64,000 bases of DNA from Eledone cirrhosa (GCA_964016885.1 OZ024741.1:346146001-346210000), one strand, 5' to 3'; positions 40,387 through 56,482 are shown, counted from the first letter of the stretch. Notes: generated by a model from the sequence alone, not told the origin. Translations and numbers: made by a program.

Positions 40387-41790
40387 TATATTTAGTTTGA
40401 TTTATAATTATATGGGAAACTAGCCGATAAATCTTTGATTCTCTTTTTACTCTTTTTATTTTTATTTTATTTATTTAAACATTCTTCATGAAAAATTAAG
40501 CTATCCTAAAAGTTGATGCTCCAAATATTTCGAATAAACGTTACACTAGATAAACTTCTATATTAAATATAAGAACACATGTAGACCAAATTGGGCATCC
40601 TATACTTTTTGAAATGATCTTTGCTAGATGCGATCTGATAGATAATTTTTGGCTTTATCTGTTTTTCGACTCTGATGTTTATAATGAACTTGGCAATATA
40701 TTGTCAATTAATTTTGAAGGGTTGATCTTTGTGGTTTATTTTATTTTTATTACTGTAGTATTTCCTAATTTTTATTTTTAATATTTTTAATATTTTTAAT
40801 ATGTAAATTTTTTAATATGTAATATTTTTAATATGTAATATTCTTTCGTAATATTTCTTAGTTTTCTATTTTATTATTACTTATTATTATTATTGTTATT
40901 TTTAGTTTAGTTTTGTTTCCGATATATTTTTATTTTTATTTTTTATTTTTATTAGTATATTGAAATCTGCTCTATCTTTGCTTGATAGATAATCTTGTAG
41001 AGTAGAGACAGAAATAGTAATATTGACTCTATATACACATATATGTATACTTAAATTTTTATACCGCATTGAGAATACTTTCCGTGAACTTAGGGTTTGC
41101 AGAATTGATCATGTACATTCACATAGATGTTTGTAATTATCACATAAACATATGAATTTTTTAAAAAACTAAACATAAGATCATTAATTTTCACACATTG
41201 TGGATACATATCTCATTCAGGAATACTGATATTTACAATGCAGAGGCTGGTTTTGTAAATACTAATACCTCTACATTAAAACAGAGGTTTTTACGCCTCG
41301 CCTGTGTCTGGATATTTTTGAATTTTCTCTCTCTCTTTTTTTCTCTCTCTATATTTTTTCTCTCCCTATATAACAGCTGGTTTTCCCTCCATATATCTCC
41401 CTTACATTAATACTAGAGCTAAATAAATAAATAAATAAATAAATGTATCATTGATACGTTATTCAACAGTCGTCCCACTACCTAGCTTTATATATATGTA
41501 TCTATCTCTATTTCCTCTCCCTCTATATATATATATCTCTTTCTGTTTCTTTACATGAAGTTCTTCTCTTTATCTATCTTTCCATCTCTCTATTTTGTTC
41601 CATGCATTTCTTCTTTTTCTTTTTCTTCGTTTTCTGTCTTTCTTTCCTTTTTTCTCTCTTTTTCTCTCTTTCTCTCTCTCTTTCTTTCTCTCTGTGTACA
41701 ATTTTGTCACAACCAAATCAACCTTCTCAAATGCAAGTAGATGTTGTTACGGTATGTCGAATCTATTTATCTATAAAACTGTTTATATTG

Positions 41791-41856
41791 TATTTTGTCT
41801 GAGGAAGGCATAGCATATTGTTAATATGTTATCCCTGAAATATATATAATGAAATA
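41791..41856 (+). ncRNA. Type I HHR (H6) in the 3' pLTR
   Basis: Identical to 37917-37982. Confidence 0.8.
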
Positions 41857-41985
41857 AATATGGTTTTATAAATATAGTTTCCATTTATTTAATATTGTAA
41901 ATATACTCCAAATATTTGTCGAGTGCTTTTATATCAGTTATAAATATTTACTAGTTGTAACACAACAATTTAAATATAACTTTCC

Positions 41986-42809
<824 letters not shown>

Positions 42810-42954
42810 CATATATATGTAACAAAGAAAATGTGGTAAGAAACCAGGTGGACAATAACGCACCAGAGTACTCGATACGTAGGGTAATGGGAAAAGAGTT
42901 CGGATATAGCTGTCGAAACGGCCGGAGTTCCGCCGTGGGTGAACTGACTCTTTT

Positions 42955-43008
<54 letters not shown>

Positions 43009-43515
43009 AAAAGAGTCAAATATATATATATATATATGTGTGTGTGTATGTGTGTGTATGTGTGTGTGTATGTCTGTGTGTGTGTGTGTCTGTGAGTGTA
43101 TACATACACATATATATATATGTATATATATATTTAAACGCAGCGGCGACAATGTCGGCAATCTAATAGAAGAAACAAGAGAGACATCAAATACAATTAT
43201 TAAGTGATATCGTCAGCCATTGAGTTGACGCCATTTTGGCAAACGGCCAACTTAGTGCTTATTGCTACTGGTTTGTTTTCTGATTGCTTTGAGAACGGGT
43301 TTTATTTTTAAAATCAAATTAAGGCAATTTAATGATAATTAGTTCACGTTCAATTTGTATAATTGGACTGTGGAGACTAAAGAAGTATTCCTGTTTTGTG
43401 TGGTACTTATCACTCGGATATAAGGGTGTATGTATGTATGTATGTATGTATGTATGTATGTATGTATGTATGTATGTATGTATGTATGTATGTATGTATG
43501 TATGTATGCATGTAT

Positions 43516-44975
43516 GTCGGGTGACTCTTGAGTGCTACTGGTAACATGTAACCCAGTACAACCTGTCACATGGTCGGGTCGTCGGCGACTAAACCGGCAA
43601 CCCCACCAAGTTTACTAGGTGAGGAGGGTGATTTTGGACGTCCTGCAGGACAAAAAACGATACCTGACAAAGGGCGGAAGAACTGATAAGAGTTAACGGC
43701 CATCTAAGAGTGTGTAAATATGTATATACACATGTACATATGTATGTTCTATGTGTATATACACATATACATATGTATGTATATGTATATGTGTATATAC
43801 ACATGTGTATATACATATGTACATATGTATGGATATGCGCGTGGACATAGAAATAGTCGGGCTGGCCACCCGATCGCGCGGTTAAACCACTGGGAGTGAA
43901 GGACCCCTAGCCTTTGTCAGGGCATTCTTCTAGGAGAAGGCAACTCAGGAAACTGGGATGACTCCGATATAAAACCTGCGGCTCAGTAGTTACCGATGAT
44001 GTTGATCTTTTCTTCTTTTCGGGTTATAGCTACTGTCGCTCAAAGTGTGGGATTGGCTCAGTGCACAGTCTTTCCTGATTTAAAAAAATATCTTCACGCA
44101 CAGGCATTGCACGATGGAATTAATTAATAATTATTAATAATGGTATATCATGCAATGGCCATACTTGATACCGAGGGGGCAGCCATCATGTATGTATGTA
44201 TGTATGTATGTATGTATGTATGTATGTATGTATGTATGTATGTATGTATGTATGTATGTATGTATGTATGTATGCATGTATGTATGTATGCATGTATGTA
44301 TGTATGTATGTATGTATGTATGTATGTATGTATGTATGTATGTATGTATGTATGTATGTATGTCAGGTCACCAGTTGGTGCTACTGGTAACATGTATCCC
44401 AGTACAACCTGTTTCATGGTCGGGTCGTTGGCGACTAAACTGTCAACCCCACCAAGGTTTCTTGGTGAGGAAGGTGACTTTGGACATCCTGCAGGACTAA
44501 AAACAAAACCTGTCAAAGGGCAAAGGAGCTCTTAAGAGTCAATGGCCATCCAAAATCACCGGGAGAGGTGACACCTTATCCTTTATCAAGGCAGAATTCT
44601 AGGAGAAGGAAAACTGTGATATACCACCCGCAACTCTGATGGTATCCAATGATGTTGACTTGTTCTTCTTTTTGGTAAATATCATCTTGGTTAAGAGAGT
44701 GGGACTGGCTTTGTGCAGTGCCTTTGCTCACTATAAAAGCTTCACGGCACAGGCATTGCTTTATATCTGGAGATCTCTCTGCACTTGTCGTCACATGGTA
44801 CCATGGGCCCAGCACTATGTGTCAATAATTGTCACAAGTGTAGTGTTTGTACCAGAGTTTTCAAGTCGCTGGCTAGACTAAAAAGTCACTCGTTCAGCGC
44901 ATCGGTAGGGGTTCTCCTACATGGATATAAAGTAGTGGCCGTACTCGAAAACGAGTTGGCAGCCACCAAGTATAT
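43516..44975 (+). mobile_element. Cluster of short non-autonomous elements, probably RTE-derived, separated by (TATG)n
   Basis: 43516-43710 resembles 44363-44555, and ~43905-44115 resembles ~44575-44760. A shared 3' end (GGCCRTACTYGA..GAG..GGCAGCCA) occurs at ~44157 and ~44937. A C2H2 remnant HKCSVCTRVFKSLARLKSH lies at ~44833-44890. Confidence 0.6.
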
Positions 44976-45235
44976 ATGTATATATGCATGCATATATGTA
45001 TGTATGCATGTATGTTTGTTTGGATGTATGTATATACATAATGTCTGTGTGTATATATATATATACGTGATAACAAGCTATCGTTGTTGGTAATCCACTT
45101 AGAGGTAGTCCAGTTAGAGTACTCCGTGTTGTGGATGGTTTTAACGTATGGCTTAGTTTGACTCAACAAGACGCTTCCATAGTGATGCAGCGAGTTCGCG
45201 GTGATTTCTATGTAGGTTATACTTGGAGTAATACT

Positions 45236-45377
45236 AATTCCAGAAATAAGAGGAACATGGTTGGCTGTACAATAAGGACTTTATTCAGTGCTGACAATTG
45301 TTTCGTTGATCAAACAATTGTCAGCACTGTGAATAAAGCCCTTATTGTACAGCCAACCATGTTACTCTTATTTCTTG

Positions 45378-45381
<4 letters not shown>
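45236..45381. repeat. ~146-bp foldback with an HHR 3' half (GAAA-CAATTG-TC) at the apex
   Basis: Arms of ~70 bp with a few mismatches; ends in (TA)n. Confidence 0.75.
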
Positions 45382-45432
<51 letters not shown>

Positions 45433-45527
45433 GGAAACATTTGAACAGGAACAAAACAGAGAGGCAGTACAACGAATGTTTATTAATTTCACGCTCCGGA
45501 GAGTGGGGTGGTGGTGGGGAACTATAT

Positions 45528-45585
<58 letters not shown>

Positions 45586-45885
45586 CTTATTTCTTTACAC
45601 TATTGTTAAACATGAGTACTCTTCCATTACTTCAAGTTCGCGACGAAAATGCATATACAGTTATTTCATTCCCATATGGATATATGCATATAAGCATAAA
45701 ACCATACATGCAGGCATATATGCATATAAACATACACCCATACAGGCATACATGGATATAACATACACCCATTCATACATGCATATATGTATATAAACAT
45801 ACACCCATATATATATATGCAAAATCTCACAAACACACATGTGCACACACACACATATCTATCACACATAACTATCTATCTGTCT

Positions 45886-46870
45886 AGCACGTCGAGTGCC
45901 TTTAGGCGCTCACAGCCCTCTACCAAGCGGAAACAGCAATCAACGGAGACTCCACTTCGACATTCTATGGGGGATTAGTGGAGGATATGTGCGACGACGT
46001 TCTCGGGGAAACTCTAGGCATCGAGGAGGACGAACCGACCAGTCTGTCCGGAAGGACTTTCCGTCCAGGGCCTATGGATAACTTCCAGAGGTCTCTGGCC
46101 TGGCAGTGCTACCGAGGAGCTCTACCAGTTCGAGACAAAATCTACAGGCACGGACGCCCTGGCAGAGATCCTGCCAAAAGGACACGTTCAAGATGCGAGC
46201 AGGACATCAAAACCGTTCTACACGCAATTGGTCAGTGCCCAGGGGTGACCGACCTGTGGAATTATGTCGAGCAGCTGCTGTCACGTGTGGGACGCATCCA
46301 GTTGTCAGCCGAGTCCATCGTGAGGATCACCCCGCCGCCTTCATTTAAGAACGAAAGAGAGGCGGTTTTCCTCTGTCTGGTGGCTATGGCGAAAGATGTA
46401 ATATAGTGGACGAGGTTAAAAGGACTGAGGGCAAGCACCTTTCTCTCTGGACAACAACTTATCCGCTTCTTTAAGTATCACTTCAGAAGGAAATTGATAT
46501 TTGAGAGAGGTGCTACACCCCAGTAAATTCGCTGAAAGGTGGGTGAATGCGGCGAAAATGGCCCGTGTATATGGGCCTTCTCTGTATATAAACCTCTAGG
46601 TTGAGGAAGATAAACAGAGGGAAGACAGGAACACCTTCAAAACGTGTTCCTGGTGTTGAGGGTTGTTCTATCCACGGGGTGTTAAACAACCCTGCAGTAA
46701 CGTTTCCCCCTACTGGGGATTTCAATTGTTATTTTATTATATATAGTTTATTGTTATTTATTAATGTTAAAGTTATTTTTATGTAAAACCCCCGCCGTCA
46801 CGTATTGTAATGTCCCATTTTTGTACTCCCCTGTGGCAAATAAAGAAAGATATCTATCTATCTATCTATT
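45886..46870 (+). mobile_element. 5'-truncated Tx1/L1-like LINE with (TATC)n tail
   Basis: PMDNFQRSLAWQCYRGALPVRDK as in ORF 37..789. Ends AATAAAGAAAGATATCTATC. Confidence 0.85.
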
Positions 46871-46983
46871 TCTCGGCATTCCGGACACAAAGGCAAGACG
46901 CCACATTACGATAATACCCACGGAACGCAACATAGGAACCCTGTGGATCAAAGATGCATTTTTAATCAATAAAGACATCTATT

Positions 46984-47054
<71 letters not shown>

Positions 47055-47076
47055 TTATATATATATATATATAATC

Positions 47077-47718
47077 GGAAAAAATGAAACGAAATTTCAT
47101 TTCCCACTCTTAGTACGGCTGTTACTTAAATATAAGTATGTATACGTACATACATATATGTATACAGACGCACAGTACTATGTATATATATATATATATA
47201 CATGCACATATATATATATGTACGTATGGATTCACCGAATATTTATTATAATGCTCGGTGTGTTTGTAAACAAACATCCCGAATTAAGCCGTACAGTGTC
47301 TAGCAACCATCGTTGCTCTTTTGTTCAACACTAACAAAGGAACGCTGTACTAGTTCCAAGCTTATTAGCTATCGTCAGCAACGTATACCTTCCTGCCAGA
47401 TGATTGAACGTCTGAAAGTATATACTTTCCTTATACATATTAACGGCTGAGCAGCAGGAAGGTATAGGTTGCTGACGATAGCTAAAAAGCTTGAAACTAG
47501 TACAGCGTTCCTTTGTCAGTGTTGAACAAAAGAGCAACGATGGCTGCTAGACACTGTACGGCTTAATTCGGGATGTTTGTTTACAAACACACCGAGCATT
47601 ATAATAAATGTTCGGTGAATCCATACGTACATATATATATGTGTGCATGTATGTATATATATATATACATACTACTGTACGTCTGTATACATATATGTAT
47701 GTACGTATACATACTTAT
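47077..47718. mobile_element. Foldback copy of retrozyme-like family H3, with HHRs at 47342-47384 (-) and 47467-47509 (+)
   Basis: Matches 22861-24348. The strand switch is at ~47451. Confidence 0.85.
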
Positions 47719-48316
47719 ATATATATATATATATTATATTTTATAATAATGTTTATATTAAGTCTGGTAAATAATGTCTTGTAATTTCTCGTATAATATT
47801 TTATTTATATCGAATAATGAAATACTCCGCTAATTTTTTGATATGCAGTGAAATATATTTTCAACTAAACATTACATTAAGGTTACATCTGTGATTAAAC
47901 GATGTTATTTATTCTCATTTTATATTATGACCGCCTTTTCTTTTTACAGATTTCCGTGTCTCCGAATTTTCAATTTCCCATTTCTTTTCCATTAAATCAG
48001 TTTTTTTTTCTAAGTGCCATTCTTTATATCTCATTATCACAGTCTCACTTGCATTCACTTTCCATCAATAAATTATATTATCACTTCTAAAATATGATCT
48101 GTCAAAATAATATATATTACACCTTCGTTAAACAGCATTACAACACATCATCTCCAGACATTGGAAAGGGGTTAGATGTCTACACACATTTTGATAACCT
48201 TACACTTTATACTATTCATATGCATGAAGCAATGCAGGCAATTATCATCGTCAACCGATTTACGACTCTCAACTCTGTTTTTATGAAACAAAACCGTTTA
48301 TATATATATATATATA

Positions 48317-48560
48317 TAATGTATAATAAACAATACAATATAATTACCTCATTACCAGAGGTTTCCCGAATAAGACGATTAAGAAAAAACGTCCTCATTC
48401 GTTCATCGGACAAGGCAATTTTCTTGTCTGATGAACGAATGAGGACGTTTTTCGTATTCGTCTCATTCGGGAAACCTCTGGTAATGAGGTAATTATATTG
48501 TATTGTTTATTATACATTAAATTTTGCTCTTTTACTTACATAGAGCACTCTTCACTCCTA
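48317..48560. mobile_element. Foldback of two back-to-back HHRs (family H7)
   Basis: 48317-48414 is the reverse complement of 48423-48519. The minus-strand copy has CCGATGA. Confidence 0.8.
48423..48488 (+). ncRNA. Type I HHR (H7)
   Basis: CTTGT-CTGATGA-A-CGAATGAGGACG..CGTCTCATTCG-G-GAAA-CC-TCT-GG-TA-ATGAG; GUA triplet. Confidence 0.8.
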
Positions 48561-48898
48561 TGACTTTTTCAATTTTCAACGGAAACTTCAATACTTATAC
48601 ATTTAAAAACCTATCATAATTCCCTGCTAAAGTTTTATGATATTTCCCTCACTATTTTCATGATAAAAAATAAGTTCTTTTAATGAATCACTCAAAATTC
48701 AACATTGCTATAAACACAATTCTTAAAGTAAATGCAGTTACTTATAAACTCACATCTCTCTCTCCCTCTCTCTCTTTCTCTCACTCATTCTCTCTCTCTC
48801 TCTCTCACCCTCTCTCTCCCTCTCTCTCTCTCCCTCTCTCTCTCTCTCTCTATATATATATACACACACATACACACACACACACATATATATATATA

Positions 48899-49098
48899 GG
48901 AAAAGAGTCAGGACACCGACGGCTGAGCTACGGCCGTTTCGACAGTCAGATCCAAACTGTTCGGATCTAGCGCTGTTGAAACGGCCGGGGCTCAGCCGCC
49001 GGGGTCCTGGATATTTTCCTATTACCCACTCTCCTACCCTAAGTATCGAGTACCTCTGGTGCGTTATGGTCCACCTGGTTCCTTACCACATTTTCTTT
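48899..49098 (+). mobile_element. Short hairpin repeat with an HHR 3' half (GAAA-CGGCCG-TA) on its arms
   Basis: 48899-48945 is inverted relative to ~48973-49020. Related to 37260-37418. Confidence 0.65.
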
Positions 49099-49124
49099 AT
49101 ATATATATATATATATATTTTTTT

Positions 49125-49582
<458 letters not shown>

Positions 49583-50321
49583 ATCAAAAGATGGTTAAAA
49601 GAGTTCCATGTATTTTATTATGCGCATTTCAAAAACAAATATCATCATGCAATAACATTTGTGTTTTCATCAGATAAAATAGGAAGACATGATATGAAGG
49701 TTAAAAAACACTTGTGGATAGTGCAGTTTTAAATCAACATATGATGCATGTATTTTAGGTGAACTGATTAACAATATATGAAGATAGAAGGAACAGAAAC
49801 TGTTTGAATGGAGTTGTTATAATATTTTGCTGGTAGAGTATTTCTGAATCAAGTGAATATATGTTTTCTGATTTACATTTTGTACAGCGTGCTTGAATGT
49901 GTATTGATAACACCATCATATTTCAGTATATAATACTTCAATATATTGGTCAGTTTGTAATTGTTGCTTGTACTATAAATATCAACTGTTCCATAACTGA
50001 GTGGAAAGTGCTTATACTCATCAGAGAAACACATCTGTCAAAGCTTGGAACGACATCCCACTAAGGCGCCAACGATTAATAATGCCTAAGGGTGCGAGAG
50101 GGGTCTATAGGTTATCTTTCTAATTAAAAATACATGGTTACACAGCGAAACTCAATATGAACATAAGTCGCTGTGAGTGTACGAATTTTCAATGGATGGA
50201 CTTTAACAAGAGTCAGACACGAGACTTATATATAGCCATCTTCTGATAAACGCTGATCTAGAGGCTGTTCATAAAATTGAAGCTATGCTTCTATGTTTTA
50301 CGGCTTTATTTTGGTCATATT

Positions 50322-50776
50322 ATACTAGACCTGAAAAATGCGCAAGCTCAAAAGAGTCACAGAATGTTATAATAAACCTTCAAAAGTGTGGGACTAGAGT
50401 TGTTGCTCAAAAATATTGTAATAATTATCTATCGTACACTTTGTGGCATCCTTTTATAAAAAAGAGACTCATAACGAACTCAAGACGACACGATAATTAT
50501 TTAAGCTAATGTTCAATATCTCATATTAGATGTTTAGTAATGATTAATACGAAATGCACTTAAACCGAATTCTATATTATTATCAATTCACTTAAATAAT
50601 TATCGTGTCGTCTTGAGTTCGTTATGAGTCTCTTTTTTTATAAAAGGATGCCACAGAGTGTACGATAGATAATGATTACAATATTTTTGAGCAACAACTC
50701 TAGTCCCACACTTTTGAAGCTTTATTATAACATTCTGTGGCTCTTTTGAACTTGTGCATTTTTCAGGTCTAGTTTA
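50322..50776. repeat. Inverted repeat with ~185-bp arms and ~85-bp spacer
   Basis: ~50322-50505 is the reverse complement of ~50591-50775, with scattered mismatches. Confidence 0.85.
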
Positions 50777-52683
50777 ATATTTTTTAAAGGCAACGCTTGT
50801 AATAACTCTAGTTAAACATGATATATATTAATAATAAATTATCGTTGTAATGTAATTAGATTATATAATTGTTATTTTATAAATGATCTTATAAATATTA
50901 TTGTAAGATGTATAAAAATATTTTCAGACTTTTAATATAAACAACTACAAAAAACAATCAATATTAAATAAATATATTTTACATAATAATTGTTATAGTT
51001 GAATTAATAAAAATTAAATATTACATACAAATAGTCTAACATAATAATAAAAAAATAATCTAACATAAAACGAACAATAATATGGACAAATATGGAGTAA
51101 ATATGATACAACCAATATTATAAGCATGTTATAACGAACTGAAAAAAGAAAGGTAATATAAATTAAAAAAATCATATATAAATTAACAACATAACTTACC
51201 AAAACGAGAAAAATGTTTTGATGATAAACGACGAAATACAGGAGGAAGATTCGAAAGAGAAACAATAAATAAACGTGCAAACAAAGTGGAGGATGCTTTT
51301 GAGCAACAATTAGTCTCATTGGTTGATTAGCCAATAAGACGATGAAATTAGCCAATAAGACGATACATTACAAAAGATGTTTGGCAGGGATCACCACGCG
51401 AAACACCTTGAATGTTTTATTCACAAGCTACGCATATATGTCAGACATGCAGACTTAAAACATTCTGTCGTTAGTCACTGCGTGTCTAACAGATATATAG
51501 CTTCATATGTGATATCATTTCGGGATTTAGTTGTCTTTATTGTTGTCATTGTTGCTGTTTAGCTGCTTTTACGATGTTTCTTCTCGTATACACTCTATGT
51601 GAATTGGAAAGTTTATTGTGTTTTGTAGGGTGTGATTTGATAAAGACATATTTATTCTATTTGTAACAGTTTGAGTGACTGGCTCTAGCAGATTCCTGTG
51701 TGTTGTAATGAAAGCGTAAATGGATTATAATGCAATATGATTTCCTTAATTTTAAAAGAGGCAAACAAAAATCCCAGAGCAACTAGGGTTGTTTTGAATT
51801 CCATATTAAATAAATAAAACAAAATAATGAAATTAGTAAAGTAACATTTGATTATCACAGTGAGACAAGAGGTTGTGTGTGTCGGCCATAGATGTGTCCA
51901 CGAAGAATAGTTTTTCTTGATAATTGTGTTCATTTTATATTTGTGTCGTTGGAACGGGACGAGGCATTGAACGAAATAAATTCGATTATATGATCATTTC
52001 GCTCACTGGCAAAATATGACAGAGATATTGTTAATGGGGTGACATGCATTTAAGGCAATAACATATTTAAAATGTTATATCAATTCAAATGGATTCAAAC
52101 AGATATGAAAACCAAATATGGAACTTGAATCAGAAGTGTAAATCTGTGTTTTTATTGTTGTTTGAAGATGTATATTTATTGATTTGGTTGAGAAAAACGT
52201 AGTTATATATTTTGCAAATGTGTAGATGAATAGGTTTCCTACTACATTAAATGTATGTATTTCATGAAACCCGATCACATCAAACTAAGTGGCACTTGAA
52301 CAGAGAATATAAGTCATCATATTTAAAAACTAATTTCCTTCGGCGATATTGAGGTCAATTTTCGTAGAAAAATATTCAAAGAAGACATATCTGTTTAAAA
52401 TGTTCAGGATATTTATGTCACTGATCCACGATAGATACCAAGCATTGTTTATGGCTTTTAAACAGGGAACCTACTAGCTCAGAACATAGCACTATGGATT
52501 TAATACTATTTTACAACTTCTCAGCTCTTGCTATCAAAATCTAGGAAGTTCTTTTAATTGCTTCGTACTATACTAATTGCTCTATGTGCCATGCTTCACA
52601 AATATTACATTTTAACTAACACATGCGGTTATGCACAACCACATACATACATACATACATACATACATACATACATACATACA

Positions 52684-52749
<66 letters not shown>

Positions 52750-53088
52750 CATATATTTTTTGTATTTTTTGTTCTTATTTATTTATTTAGTTATTCCTGT
52801 TTCCTAACTACTGTCCATATTTGTGTGTACATTTTTGAGTGCATATATATCTGTGTATGTGTATATATTCATGTTCCTGTCTGTTTTTCTATGTAGACGC
52901 AAATACGCTTTTGTAAGAAAGTATGCGTCTACGTACGTTTTAGTATATGCGCGTAGTTGAGTGTGGATATTTATATTTTTATATATATATTTTTTATTTT
53001 TACCCCTCTTTCCTTTCCGTTTTTTTCAGGCTCACTTTCCTAAATTTTGTTTTCAAATCCATATTTGATAAATACACCATGTTTTTAT

Positions 53089-53147
53089 TCATTCTGACGA
53101 CTGAAGACGGACACTACATCTGTTTTCAAGAAACCACTGATAAATGC
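53089..53147 (+). ncRNA. Type I HHR (H8), stem III mutated
   Basis: CATT-CTGACGA-C-TGAAGACGGA..TCTGTTTTCA-A-GAAA-CCACTGA-TA-AATG. Confidence 0.65.
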
Positions 53148-53303
53148 AATAATTATCTTATGTTGTTTATTGCATAAACAATAAGCTCTGTAACCTACAT
53201 AGAGCACTCTTTTTTCCTGTATCTTTCTCACGGAAATACATCTCATATATATATGTTTTTTTATTGTTCTGTCAGCTAGGCTGCTATTTTTAGCATATAT
53301 ATG

Positions 53304-53361
<58 letters not shown>

Positions 53362-53997
53362 CATATAAGAAAGTAAAGATCAAAATCAAAAACAAAAAAA
53401 AGTAAAAAAGAGGGGGGGGGTGTTCTTTGTGTACCACGGAAAAATTTAAAATTCTCCAAAACTTGAAAACTCCTACCACTTGTCTCAACTCTAAGACCGA
53501 GATATTTATATGTTGTCCGCATCTGAAATCGCATCTACTTTTTAACTGGATTAACACACCAACCACCTTGAGCTTTTTCTTTACTTATCACGCCTTCCAC
53601 TCACTACCAATTTCATTACCTTATGACCTCATACTTTCTACCAATATATACTTTTTCTCCCTCATCTCTTTCTATAAATCATTTGACTCATATTACCCCA
53701 CCCTACTATCTACCATACCTTAATACATATACACCCACCACCTTTATCCTTTACCCAGATCACTTTTTAACTATATACCCTTATCCAGATCTCATCACAA
53801 ACACTTACTCTCTACTACACCTTTACACTCCTTTCCCCCCTTAGCTGTTCTTAATAATTATTTTAATTATTTTATTTCAGTTTCACTCCCCTTTGTCCTT
53901 ATTTACCCACTAGGATTTTAAGCGAACTCACATGAAGTTATATGTGGGCGCATACGCATACAGGCTTATGTGTACTTACATATATACGTTTTTTATT

Positions 53998-54098
<101 letters not shown>

Positions 54099-54775
54099 GT
54101 TTGTATATATATGTATATATACGTATGTATGTATTTGTTTATATGTATGCCTTTGCTTGTATATATGTTTTGTATATATGAGTATATATGTGTTTTTATG
54201 TGTGTATAGATTTATGTATATGTTTATTTGTATGCGTGTGTTAATTTCTTATTGCGTGTGTATGTGCGCACGCGTATGCGTACGTATGTACGTGGGTTAT
54301 GTACCTTTGAGATTCATTTTTCTAATTTATTGTAGTTATTTTGTATGTGCATGCATGTGGATGTGTGTGTATATGTTTATATGTATGTGCGTATATATAC
54401 ATGTGTGTGCGTGTGTGTATGTGTGTGTATATGTATGTATATATATATATATGTATATATATATGTGTGTATATATGTATGCACATGTATGTGTACGTAT
54501 ATTTATTTTAAATATATACACACATATATGCGTGTGTGTGTTTGCATGTGTGTATAGGTATATATGCATGTATATGTGTATATTAGTATGTATCTGTGTA
54601 TATATATATGTATGTATACGCACATCTTGTGTATTTGTTTATATTTAAGTTATTTTTATTTATCCCCTACCCCCGCACACCTATACCTATCATTGTAAAC
54701 ACGCCCGCCCCTTTTTAAAACTTTATTTTGTTTTTGATTTTGATCTTTACTTTCTTATATATATATATATATATA

Positions 54776-54863
54776 TTTATTAAAATAACAGATTAAAGTT
54801 TAAGCAAAGAATCGCTGCTTTCACCCTTAACGGGATCTTCTGAAACTAACAAAGTCAATCTGT
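54776..54863 (-). mobile_element. Family A fragment consisting almost only of the H2 variant HHR, nested in family C
   Basis: Identical to ~29108-29195. Confidence 0.85.
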
Positions 54864-55262
54864 CAATCTGTTAAAATATATGTATATATGTATATATATA
54901 TACATATATTTTTTCGTATTTTTTGTTCTTATTTATTTATTTAGTTATTCCTGTTGCCTAACTACTGTCCATATTTGTGTGTACATTTTTGAGTGCATAT
55001 ATATCTGTGTATATGTATGTGTATATATTTATGTTCCTGTCCGTTTTTCTATGTAGACGCAAATACGCTTATGTGAGAAAGTATCCGTCTACGTACTTTT
55101 TAGTATATGCGCGTAGTTGAGTGTGTGTATGTTTACGTTCTGGATATTTATATTTTTATATATATATATATTTTTTTCCCCTTTTTCCTTTTCGCCGGTC
55201 TTTTTCATATTTCCTAAATTTTGTTTTCAAATCCATATTTAATAAATACACCATGTTTTTTA

Positions 55263-55323
55263 TGCATTCTGACGACCGAAGACAGACACTACATCTGTTT
55301 TCATGAAACCTCTGGTAAATGTA
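55263..55323 (+). ncRNA. Type I HHR (H8)
   Basis: TGCATT-CTGACGA-CC-GAAGACAGA..TCTGTTTTC-AT-GAAA-CC-TCT-GG-TA-AATGTA; GUA triplet. Confidence 0.8.
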
Positions 55324-55363
55324 ATAATTATCTTATGTTGTTTATTACATAATAAATAAATAA

Positions 55364-55463
<100 letters not shown>

Positions 55464-55514
55464 ATTCATATATATATATATATATTCATATATATATTTA
55501 TATATATATATATA

Positions 55515-55573
<59 letters not shown>

Positions 55574-55637
55574 TCACATATATTTATACTCACATATATA
55601 TATATACTCACATATATTTATACTCACATATATTTAT

Positions 55638-56425
<788 letters not shown>

Positions 56426-56435
56426 ATATATATAT

Positions 56436-56482
<47 letters not shown>

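Larger units (their letters stand above)
37709..41990 (+). mobile_element. Full-length PLE family B: inverted partial pLTR, 5' pLTR, ORF, long 3' UTR, 3' pLTR
   Basis: Direct repeats ~37899-38117 and ~41773-41990. 37709-37899 is the reverse complement of ~38046-38235. (TA)n flanks. Confidence 0.92.

Noticed and set aside
37899-41990. LTR retrotransposon
   Set aside because: The direct repeats lack TG..CA ends, and I saw no gag, protease or integrase. The ORF is RT plus GIY-YIG, so these are PLE pseudo-LTRs.
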